A stretch of 64,000 bases of DNA from Tubulanus polymorphus (taxonomy: Eukaryota > Animalia > Nemertea): positions 6,386,001 to 6,450,000 of the forward strand of contig NC_134035.1 of NCBI RefSeq assembly GCF_964204645.1. Direction: 5' to 3'. Both the position numbers and the translations under genes were made by a program. Position 1 is the first letter of the stretch; the number at the start of each line of letters is the position of its first letter. This document shows, piece by piece, positions 45,493 through 56,084 of this stretch. The notes under the pieces were generated by a model. It was given only the letters and a program-made list of their open reading frames with translations, searched no databases and was not told the DNA's origin.

Positions 45493-46869
45493 CTGAGTCA
45501 TCACACAGGGTATCACGGAGCTTAGGATTTTCACCGATCGACACGTCCTCAAGTATTCTAAATTCCCATTATATTTACATCAGTGATGTCGATTGACACT
45601 TGGTTCCGCACTTGACTTATCAAACCTACGGTCATACCAACCGAACTCCCGGTGTGTACGGTGAAAGTCTGTAATAACGCCCCTGTGAAGAGGAGACCAG
45701 AACTTTGCGTTACAAAAATGCGATAACGATCCATTGTCACTTCGACTGCCCTGGACTTGAGAATGTTGCCTCTGATAATATGATGATTTTGTCTCGTTAA
45801 ATCGAAGGATTGTAATTTACTGATACGAATTTTAGGCACATTTTTCTCAGAATGTTCGCGTCTGGTCACAAATGCCGCGCGTGTGTGTGTGAATCTGCAG
45901 TCGTCTAGTAGATTCATCACGGTATAAATTAGATATCCTCAGATCCCTGAATAAAACATAACTTCCACAACAACTCACAACGTCTTTAATTAGAGTCGCG
46001 TGTATATTGCAAAGGTTATCCGTAGATTCAGCAACAGAAGTAAAATCTGACGATATCAAAATCAATGATATCAAAATCAATTTCTAAACATGCTGGGTGT
46101 TAAAAGCAATTGTAATCATTATTTCTTATTCTCTGAAATTTCATATTAACCCCCATGTAATCATGTCTTGGGTATGCCTGCGACTGAACACAAAATACAT
46201 ACATGTGTTGTAAATTAAGCGAGTTCCACAGTTTTGATTTTTTGAAACATTCGAAATGATTTAATTCAAACCCTACTCAGGAACTATAATGTAACCGGTT
46301 CCAGATCTGCATCATTTTCAATAATAGCCCTACATTCTATCAGAATATTTGTTTCGTTGATTGTAAACTTAGTTCGTAATTTTCTGATCACTCTGCAGAA
46401 AGACCTTATTGTTATTTTGTTGATTATCTAACTGTTATTGTCATTACTATTTCTGTCCATGTTTCCTCGCCTATGAAATTCGTCTCGCGTCAAATTCAAC
46501 TATATACTAATATCAGTCAAACGCATTGCGAACCCTGACAGAAATTCGACAATCGGTCTGAACTAGTAAACTCTTCGTTGCACTGCCATTCGAATAAGTA
46601 CTGGGAAAATTAACCCATAACACCGACTAGGATGTAGGAATCGTCATGTGTATATAATCCTCCCAAACATCCTTACAAACTTGACCTTGAGATTAGGCAA
46701 CGGTCGGTAATATATCTAATATATCGTATGTGTGTTTATGGACACCTATTTTCCCGATGCGATATTATTTTTGTTCAATTTTCACTTTCCCGTTCGCCTT
46801 TGACACTTATATTGTCGTCATGCATGGTATAATATGATTGACTAGCCCCGGTAAAAGCCCACCGCTCCT

Positions 46870-47072
46870 TTCTGTTAACTCGACCGCCGATCACACATCT
46901 ATATCTGTACTTCGATTTCCGATTTCAAAATCAAACCCCCTGTTTCGCTCCCGGCAGGTGTGGTGGGTCTGTAAGGGACACTCAATCGAAAAATCAAACA
47001 AAATTTACCAGCCAAATAAATAAATAATGGGGACAATCCCTATTTTAAGATAAAAAAAAAAAAAAAAAAAAA
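46870..47072 (+). mobile_element. Poly(A)-tailed retroposed insertion (5'-truncated LINE 3' end or SINE) with long TSD
   Basis: Direct repeat AAAAGCCCACCGCTCCT at 46853-46869 and 47069-47085. 21-nt A run at 47052-47072, whose last A's overlap the TSD. AATAAA upstream. Second copy at 20437-20620. Confidence 0.9.
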
Positions 47073-47269
47073 GCCCACCGCTCCTACTAGCAAACGCATG
47101 CCGCAACAAATAAGTAGCACGATTTATCGGTGGTGCTTATGCCGAAAACTGTTTCCCAACTACGCCGATACGCCTGCCACTATTGAGGTCACGTGATCAA
47201 TCAAATAATATGTGTCCGTTCGATGCATGCGCATTTAACTATTAAACCTTTATAACCTTTATACCAATG

Positions 47270-48660
47270 ACTCCGAAATTTTTTTTACCGAAAATGGTTT
47301 TGAAGGTCTCATATTTGGAAATAGACAGCTTACTATTCTGTTATACGCTGATGATAAAGTTTTACTAGCGGAATCCCCAGAAGACGTGGTTTAAGTTTAT
47401 TGAATCCTTACTGTACACAAAATGAGTTAAGTGTTAATATAAGAAAATGAAGTGATGATTTTTTTGCTGAAAGAATGATTACACCTGTTTTTCTGTACAA
47501 TAACAGTAAACTACCTGATATAGCTGATAATTTCAAAAATTGAGGGCTATACATCTCCTCTAACGGTAAACATAAGCATGCCGTTAACTATTTTGGAGAA
47601 CAAGGCCTTAAATCATTGTTTAGGTTACAAAAAATATTTTTTGCGGTATCGTTTAATTGTCGTACACGGCAAAATGTGATATTTTTGAAAAGTTAGTTCA
47701 ACCAGTTATGACATTTAGTTGCCCTGTTTGGGGTAATATAGCGTCACTTGATAGCATTGAACGTGTTCAATTGAAGTTCTATAAGCAGCAGTTAGGACTG
47801 AAAAGAAATACTGCTAACTGTATGGTATATGCCGAAACTGGGTAGATATCCTATTGCCATAAAGGTTAGAACGCTAGTATTGAAATTTCGGCTTAAAATC
47901 TTAAAATCAAACCGTGATAGTATGTTATGGTCGTCCTATGAAGTAATCAATCATGACCTTGAGACGGATCATAGACAAAGAAACTGGAATCTTTATCTGA
48001 AATTCTTGTTGGACCATTTAAGCTTTAGTTACGTCTGGCACACACAAGCAGAATTCGATGAGTTCCTTTTTTTTTAAATCTATCGACGGACTGCGGGATA
48101 ATTTCATACAGTCCTGACAGTCTAATTTGGAGATCTCTTCAAAATGTTACTACTGTAAACATACAAAGTTGTCATTTGGCACAGAAAATTATTTAGAAAA
48201 CTGTTCCCCATACGCTGTTAAATCGCTCTGCCGCTTTAGACCTTCGAAGATGGGCGAAACCCCCCTTACCAAATAATGAAAGATTTTGCGAACAATGCAA
48301 CTTGCAAGAAATCGAAGATGAATACCATCCTATGATGATCTGTCCTTTTTTTCAGCTCTATTAGGAAGAAACATACATCAAGATTTTACTGGAAAAGGCC
48401 TAGTGTTTTTAAATTCATTGAACTCCTTTCATTAAGAACTTCTAAACTCCAGGATTGTATGAAATGTTTTTCAAATGAAGTTACTTAACTTAAATCACAA
48501 ATATATAGATCGCTTCGATATTATGTCTAAAAAACCTACTTTTATTGTCTGATATTATATTATCGGTGTTTTACATGTATATTATATCCCTTTGTATGTG
48601 GATATATCCACCATAAAAGTTTGTATGACTTTGGTGATGAATAAATGAAATATAAATATA
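47270..48660 (+). mobile_element. 5'-truncated non-LTR retrotransposon (RT through C-terminus), pseudogenised; RTE-X/CR1-group-like
   Basis: LTILLYADDKVLLAESPED (YADD at ~47344), IFEKLVQPVMTFSCPVWG..IERVQLKFYKQQLGLKRNTANCMVYAE/LGRYPI, zinc knuckle FCEQCNLQEIEDEYHPMMICPF, and an AATAAATGAAATATAAATATA tail. Many stops and frameshifts. Confidence 0.9.
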
Positions 48661-50272
48661 GATTAAATCCGGTGACAAGTGCGATGAATGACGCGCGCAC
48701 TCGGCGACTTCAACGACGCAAGCGACAAATACCCTCGAATTTTTTACGGGTAAATGAAATGAATTTGAATGTACTTGTTCTGGCGTATTTGTCACTAGTT
48801 TCTTTTAAAGATATCAAATGATAGGGGCTATCGAACTGTAGGCTTCTGCTCGACAAGAAGTTTCTGAGGTCATGGATACTAATGTGGGTTCCCTTTATAA
48901 AGTGGTTCTTTCGAGGAAAAATACATCAGTCACGTGATTTACATCAGTCACTGATTTATTCATTTCTGGTTAAGTAAACAGGTGAATATAGATATGCCTC
49001 GGGTTTTCTACCCCAAAACTAATCATACGATACTAAGGGTTTTACACTGAATACATAAAAATCGGATGCTATTTCGCATGAGAAAACGTTTATTTCTGTT
49101 TGAAACGAAATTATCTTAGTCCATTCGACGTAAAGCCTTAAAACGCTCCAAATGACGTTCCGCAGAGTCCCTGAGTGGGTTCGGTGACAGAGGATCTTAG
49201 TTGTTTAGAGGATATGGCTGTACCGGATTGAATGTGGACAAAATAATTGTATTCCGTTCAGGGGTTCGGCGTTTTGTGGTATGCTGCTACCAATTTATTT
49301 CAAGTATTCAGTACAGACACATCAGAACTCGCACAACTGTCTTTGGACTCATTCCCAGTTAATCTCGAGTAAAATCAATTCTAATTATTGAGTAAGTCTA
49401 CCTGAAAGGCTTAGACTTCGCAAGTTATTTTGAAATGATGTGTTAATACAAACTCCTTTAAATCGTTTCTGTGACAAAATTAGAAGACTGCCGCTATCGC
49501 ATAGGTTCGAGCCGATAGAAGTATTGTATATATCATTGTTTGTCTGACTCATTTGCGAGGATAGAAATCACAATCTCGGGAGATGGCGTCATTGCCCCGG
49601 GGTCAACCAATATCGGCAGGGGAACATAAAGATTCTAGCGCATGCCCTGACGCTCGGTAGCGGTGTTCACGCACGAGTTGGCACCGCGTCATTGACGCTG
49701 ATCGGCGCTGACGGCGACGATCGATGGTTCTGACCAGTTCAGCCCCAAGTTTATCGCAGTTGCATCTGTATCACACCAACCTAATAGCGTCTCAGATATA
49801 CATAAATCAAGACACGCCGCAGTAATCCAGTAGCGCCTTTAAAGCTGTGGCTAGTGCTAGTTCTCTCTGTATACAGTAATGAAACCGACCGGTGTGTTTC
49901 AATCCCGTCGAGTAAATGCTCGGTTATGCAACGTAATCCATTTCTCGTTGGGTTTGCCCGTCGAGTCATGATTAAATTCGTTATGGTTTACCTAATCAAC
50001 TGTGCTGCTCTGTAACGGCCCTATTTTCAGTGAAACCAATAATAAAATTCGATTAAATGAATGCATATTTACATGCATTTGAATAACACACTAACTTTGA
50101 CAATGCAATTTGTTTTTGTAACTCATAGAATATTCTATTACCAACAATATATTGAAATGTGTCTAAAAGGCTTTCAACAGGAAATTACATACGGTTTTCA
50201 CGTACCCTGGATCCTGCGAATAGTATCTGTTGGTTATAGCTGAAAGAGAAAAAGTGGCACGAAATAGAGAGG

Positions 50273-50678
50273 AGTAATAGGGTTAGTGTTGTTTCATACC
50301 AGAGGTCGAAAGGTCGAGCTCTTGAAAAATAAAAAATAAATTCTCACACGCTCGAATTTATTTTTTTTTTACCCACTCAACCTTTCAACCTCTGATATGA
50401 AACAACACTTACCCTATTACTCCAATGATATTCATATATATGGACATTATATAAATGAATATTATATTAATGAAATCAATCTTAATAAAAAATATGTATA
50501 ATAAATGGAGAGTAAACAAAGAAACAGTGAATTCTTAATTAGAATTAAAGATACTACAAATGTCAAATCTGTAGATTATGAATTCAAAAAGTTAACAGAA
50601 TTAACCTTACATAAGAAATATTTAATTACAAATACGGAAACAATTACTAATAGATATGGTAATAAATTAGTTATTCAA
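50273..50678 (+). repeat. Left TIR (~406 bp), including terminal hairpin 50273-50421 and the first ~58 codons of ORF1
   Basis: The reverse complement aligns continuously with 51965-52383 apart from scattered substitutions and small indels. Confidence 0.92.
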
Positions 50679-50846
50679 TTAGAATATGAAGGATTAAAAG
50701 GAAATAAATATAAATTCAGAACATATTTACCAGATAGATTTCATAGATTATCTACTGAAGATATTGAAGAATTATATTCTGGTGATTTCTATTTCATATA
50801 TAAAGGTAAGAATGAAAAAGGGCACCATGATATAGATTTCGAATAA
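50505..50846 (+). CDS. Element ORF1, 113 aa, hypothetical; possible OB-fold ssDNA-binding protein
   Basis: Intact ORF in ~80% AT DNA, starting in a TAAATG context. Beta-rich pattern FKKLTEL..KKYLITN...TNRYGNKLVIQLE...RTYLPDRF..LSTEDIEEL..FYFIYKG. The fold assignment is inference. Confidence 0.75.
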   Translation: MESKQRNSEFLIRIKDTTNVKSVDYEFKKLTELTLHKKYLITNTETITNRYGNKLVIQLEYEGLKGNKYKFRTYLPDRFHRLSTEDIEELYSGDFYFIYKGKNEKGHHDIDFE

Positions 50847-50951
50847 AAAAAATGTAAAATAAATGGTAGAATTAACAGAATATAAAAACTAACGATTAAT
50901 TAACGATTTGATGAAAATATCAATTTTAATTAAAAAGAAATTACTAATTAA

Positions 50952-51491
50952 ATGACTGAACAGATACTTCAATTCAAAGATATCGACTTACATGAATTAG
51001 AAAAATATATTACAATTAAACATTTTATTCCTATTCAAGATTTTATTAAAACTGCACGTTTTCGTTTTCAAGTGAATAATATTACTGAATTAAAATTTAA
51101 AAATCATTATCTAATGATAGAGTTATCGAATGAAAAAGATAAAATCTTATTCAATACAATAATTCCAAAATTCACAACATTTGATGAAATAGATAAACAT
51201 TTGATAATTACTGATGAAATACAATCACTTTTTAATAATGAAAATTCACATAAAACATTATTTTTACACTTACGTTATTTCCCTTTCAGAGAATGCTATG
51301 TAATGTTTTTCAGAGTAGAAGAAAAAAGATTTATCCCAGACATTCCAAATGAAAAATCATTCAAAGATGTGGGAATTCAATGTAATTTAGACAATAAAAT
51401 CGAAACACCTAAATATAACCCTAATGAAAGCGTTTTATGTAATTGTGGAAAATATTACACTCGAAACAATAAATCACATCATCTTAAATGA
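50952..51491 (+). CDS. Element ORF2, 179 aa; ORF1-like N-terminal domain plus C-terminal CxC...H zinc-finger-like motif (probably truncated by a premature TGA)
   Basis: Long ORF in very AT-rich DNA with a TAAATG start. Ends VLCNCGKYYTRNNKSHHLK*, and the same frame continues KYHNSKMIIQL* to 51527. Confidence 0.75.
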   Translation: MTEQILQFKDIDLHELEKYITIKHFIPIQDFIKTARFRFQVNNITELKFKNHYLMIELSNEKDKILFNTIIPKFTTFDEIDKHLIITDEIQSLFNNENSHKTLFLHLRYFPFRECYVMFFRVEEKRFIPDIPNEKSFKDVGIQCNLDNKIETPKYNPNESVLCNCGKYYTRNNKSHHLK

Positions 51492-51593
51492 AAATATCAT
51501 AACTCAAAAATGATAATTCAACTCTAAATATTCACATTCAAAATAAGATATTCCAAATTACTTATCAATCTTTAAATTTTTGTTCTTAAATCA

Positions 51594-51743
51594 ATGAATG
51601 AGAATGAGTTCAGCATTCCAACTGTAAAAAGTGATTTAGAACATTATTTAGTTGCTGGAGGTTTAATATTAGCTGCGCTTTATTTTTATTATGAAAATAT
51701 TAGTAAAGATCTAATGAATGAAAATACGAAAGTAAGTAAGTAA
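51594..51743 (+). CDS. Element micro-ORF3, 49 aa, single hydrophobic segment
   Basis: Hand translation: MNENEFSIPTVKSDLEHYLVAGGLILAALYFYYENISKDLMNENTKVSK*. Below the ORF-track length cutoff. Confidence 0.45.
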   Translation: MNENEFSIPTVKSDLEHYLVAGGLILAALYFYYENISKDLMNENTKVSK

Positions 51744-51833
51744 TTGAAAAAATTAAATGGAAATAATCATAGAAATAATAATCATAAAAAAATTTAATAT
51801 TGAATCAGATTAGTGAATTAATTAGATAAATAA

Positions 51834-51956
51834 ATGAGTGACAATAAGATATTAGAAATATTACATTTGATATATAAAAATCAAGAGCGCATTAAGTTAA
51901 TTATAATGCTTTCAGGATTAGTTTCATTTTCAATTTACTCATTAAAACAGTTATAA
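51834..51956 (+). CDS. Element micro-ORF4, 40 aa, C-terminal hydrophobic segment
   Basis: Hand translation: MSDNKILEILHLIYKNQERIKLIIMLSGLVSFSIYSLKQL*. TAAATG start. The stop lies ~8 bp before the right TIR. Confidence 0.4.
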   Translation: MSDNKILEILHLIYKNQERIKLIIMLSGLVSFSIYSLKQL

Positions 51957-51964
51957 CTAATTCT

Positions 51965-52383
51965 TTGAATAACTAATTTATTACCATATCTATTAGTAAT
52001 TGTTTCTATATTATATTTGTAATTAGATATTTCTTATGTAATGTTAATTCTGTTAACTTTTTGAATTTATAATCTACAGATTTGACATTTGTAGTATCTT
52101 TAATTCCATTTAAGAATCCACTGTGTATTTGTTTTTACTCTCCATTTATTATACATATTTTTTATTAAAATTGATTTCATTAACATAATATTCATTTATA
52201 TAATGTTCATATATATATGTTTATCATTGGAGTAATAGGGTAAGTGTTGTTTCATATCAGAGGTTGAAAGGTTGAGTGAGTGAAAAATAAAAAATAAATT
52301 CGAGCGTGTGAGAATTTTTTTTAAAATTTTTTATGAGCTCGACCTATAGACCTCTGGTATGAAACAACACTTACCCTATTACT
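51965..52383 (-). repeat. Right TIR (~419 bp), including terminal hairpin 52231-52383 and a frameshifted 5' copy of ORF1 (ATG at 52145-52143)
   Basis: Inverted copy of 50273-50678. The ORF1 copy reads MESKNKYTVDS* owing to a 2-nt insertion. Confidence 0.92.
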
Positions 52384-54738
52384 GAGAGGGTCGGAGAGAT
52401 GGAGCAAAGATCAGATAGTTTTCATTTTCATTTGAAATGAAATTGCGATTTTTCGAAGTTTCGTCAAATGAGATTTCATTCGCCGTTTATCACTTCTGTG
52501 TTCTGCCTTTTGAAATAGTATTTAACCACCGTAAGTAGAACGCAGCAGAGATAACGTTTCATTTAAATTTATAATATTGACGCGAAAAAATACAAATTTG
52601 AACCTTTTGGCAGCAACAGTGACCACAGGGTTGAGGTTTTGGTGTCCGCTTTTTGCCGGCTCTTCATGGTACAACAACAGGAGGTGCTGAGTTTGGAACA
52701 CAGATGATTTGCTTGTGAAGAACCAGTCCAAGGATGGGTTTTATTATCGATAAGGTTGAAAAGGTGGGTTCGCAGGAAAAGGCATTTGAAACAACCAAAG
52801 CAGTAAATGTATTGACTGCCTGAACTGAGAAATAAAATATTCTCGTGCTCAACTGTGAGTGGAGCTGAATAGCGCGCGGTACCAGGGGTTTAAAACGAAC
52901 TCGAATAGTTCAGAATCTTATCGTTTTACAAGTGGCTTCTTTCTAAAAGCGAGAGACGGAACCGGATTTTAATCTGCGACCTCCTCTCATTTTGAAGGGT
53001 ATTAAAGTGAACCAGCTTTTCTCGCAAATATCGTGAGGACTTAAATGGCGAAGAGGAGACACGGGACAGAAAGAAAACATAAACTGATAAAACACGGTAA
53101 TAATCGATATTGAAAAATGGAAAAATCTTGTGTTTTCAACAACATGGGCCCTGGTAGAATTCAGCAGAATCAGAAAAATCGTGTTGCTGCCAGAAAAAAA
53201 CAATGAGAACCTGCAGCTTGTTTCCCCACCATAACTTCATATCGAATCGAACGAGTAATAATAGCATGTATTGAGTAGACTCGGTGCTTGTCTCGGGTTT
53301 CACAGGACCGGTAAATGTTCACCGCAAGGCAGTAAGTAAATTCCGAGTAACCGGAGTGACGATGGGTTGTCGTCACATGAATTGAAGTAAAAATATGTTT
53401 CTTGATATTTTCTCAGTTGAGCATGCGATAGACCTAGGGTATCGGCTCCGAGTGGCAAGTGCAGTTTTTACTGTACCTTTATCATTTTTCTTTTTGTCTG
53501 AGCAATCGTGAGGAGATGACGTAGTCTTACAGCAGTGTTTTGTCTACAAATGAACTCCAAGCGGACCCTAATGGATTCTCGAGGACGCAAAGAGATTTGC
53601 GAGGATTTTCTAAACGTAAATTTATTGAGTAGAAACAGCGATTTCTGGGGAGTTTTTGTAGCTGGTGTTTACGACAGTGACTAATTGGAATGTTTTATAC
53701 AGCTGTACAGCCGTTCAGGATTATGGAAGTTCTGCTGCTGAAAAGTCGAGACTGTATATCCGAGTTGCGTAATTTGGAACCACTGATAAATTCAGATACG
53801 ATAGTTATGAGAAATCATGTCGTGAATGAATGGTCTATTTAATAAATTATCCGGAGTGTCACAGCTCCAGGGTCAACAGTCACGCGGTTACCTTTATTTT
53901 CAGCGAATGACCAAAATGACGTTGAAATTACTGCACCGAACTGGGCTTTACGTCTCAGCTTAACTCATGGTTTCGTGACATAGGCCTACGCGGGAACGTG
54001 AGTGGCATTGATAGTTTTCAGAGATAGAGGAGATAGGAGAGTGGAAGAGAGGTGATATGTGGGAGAAGGGAAGTGGAGAGAGAGAGAGGAGAGAGGGGAG
54101 AGGGAACTAGGGAGAACATATGGTGGTGCGATGTGAGTCATTAGTTTTTGCGGTGCGTCTCGTACGACACAATCATTCGCAAACAAAATCACACATCGAT
54201 TTTAACAGTCGAACGAAAGAACGATGTAAGATTTTATAATGGATGGTTTATTGGTGCCGTTTGAATGTTGATTAGTATTGATGCAATGACTAATACAATA
54301 AAAGCCCCTAAATTCAATCAAAGAACAGACATAGAAAAAGGATGGAGATGGTTGAGGAAAGCGCGATACAGACGTGTGTCGAGGTTCATGCCTTTATCGT
54401 TTCTACTGTTATTGTATACATTATATGTTTTAACGATTTCATATAAAAATTCCTAATATATCGGGGCTGACTAGCATTCAGGCTCATTCAAATATAATTC
54501 CATAGTCTCTCGAGTGATGCAAGTTGTAGGATTCTTTGGGCTTTGGCGGAATGAAACGGGTAAATATCGGACGAGATTCAACTTACCTCTACTCAACGAG
54601 CCGCCATTCACGGGAATCAATATCGCATTTCTTTTCGAATGATTCACGAAGTAATGCTTTTAGAAAGACCCGAATTAATAAACCCGAATATTCCCATCGA
54701 ATCATTGTCTGCAATGCATAGTGGATGATTCGGACCAT

Positions 54739-54994
54739 ACTAAAAACAATTTTGTACAGCAAGAGCTACGATAAGTAATGTTCACAAGTTTGGTTTTCTC
54801 GTTCGAGAATTCAAGACTTTAGGCTTTCTCCTGCGAGAAAACCAAAAAATGGGCCAATGTTGAAATTTTGTATCCAGCCTCTATCCAGTCAGAAAATTTT
54901 TTCAAACCAAAATGTTTTGTTTTCTCGTGCGAGAATTCGATCCAATTTGAAAATTTAGTATCGTTGCTCTAGCCGTACAGAAATTGTTTTTAGT
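54739..54994. mobile_element. MITE, ~255 bp, with internal palindromic TTCTCGxxCGAGAA motifs
   Basis: TIRs ACTAAAAACAATTTTGTACAGCAAGAGCTACGATA / TATCGTTGCTCTAGCCGTACAGAAATTGTTTTTAGT. Three internal TTTCTC...CGAGAA units. Confidence 0.75.
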
Positions 54995-55432
54995 TTGAAT
55001 CAGCTACCATACATCTTGCCTCCATGTACCATTCTTATGATGGTTGGAGTGAAATATTGTCTTATCCTAAACATCTCCCTTCAAGCTGCCGTGTGTCGAC
55101 TCCTCTATTCGACATATTTCGTAATTTCTTTATTGGTCTCATTAAACGCTTATTTCTAACGATGGAATTTAGCTAATGGTCACCGTGGTTCCACGATGAT
55201 GTGTGACGCTTCAGGCGACCCGTCTGTATCGCATCCATAACATTCATATCACTTGTAATTGCTGTGTTGTACAGCATCAAAAATGTTCTGCGAAGCCAAC
55301 ACCGAAACATAGAAACGTGATAGAAACGAGTGACATTAATATGATATTGCAGCAGTGCCTTTCAATAGGAAAAGTCCAATAAAATGTGCAGTAAAGAATA
55401 CACATTCATTTGCAGCAGGCAGCGGTAGCAGT

Positions 55433-55669
<237 letters not shown>

Positions 55670-56084
55670 TTGGTGACAACATCCATGTGCAACACGGAAC
55701 GGTTACAGTATGGCTCGGTAACATCATCACGCACAATAAAACAGAGCCTCCGCTTGTAACGGAATATTGGCCCGTATTATATTTCTATTCGAGCACAAAA
55801 TGGCACGCAAGCAAAATCAGTCGCTTCGTTGGATAGAATTACGCCATGTATCAGTTACCGCTGATAAACTGATCGCATTGTGGAAAAGCCGGTTCAGAGT
55901 TGCAGTGAAGGATCGATGTGAAACTGTTGTGCAGGGTCGGTGCTGCCGCGAAAAGCTGGTGTGGAGTTCACTAAGAACGTTAGTGTCAGTCCGGAAATCG
56001 TGCGGAACTGTAGTGTGGAGACATGTAGCTATAAGAAGGAGGCCGCCTGTGGCTAGGATGCTGATTCGGAAAAAAAGCTAATGG

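Larger units (their letters stand above)
50273..52383. mobile_element. 2.1-kb non-autonomous Polinton/Maverick-like element with hairpin-ended TIRs
   Basis: 6-bp TSD GAGAGG (50267-50272 and 52384-52389). Termini AGTAATAGGG...CCCTATTACT. TIRs ~50273-50678 and ~51965-52383. Much more AT-rich than the flanks. Compact intronless ORFs. The boundaries are seen directly; the Polinton assignment rests on the AG..CT termini, 6-bp TSD and long TIRs. Confidence 0.85.
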
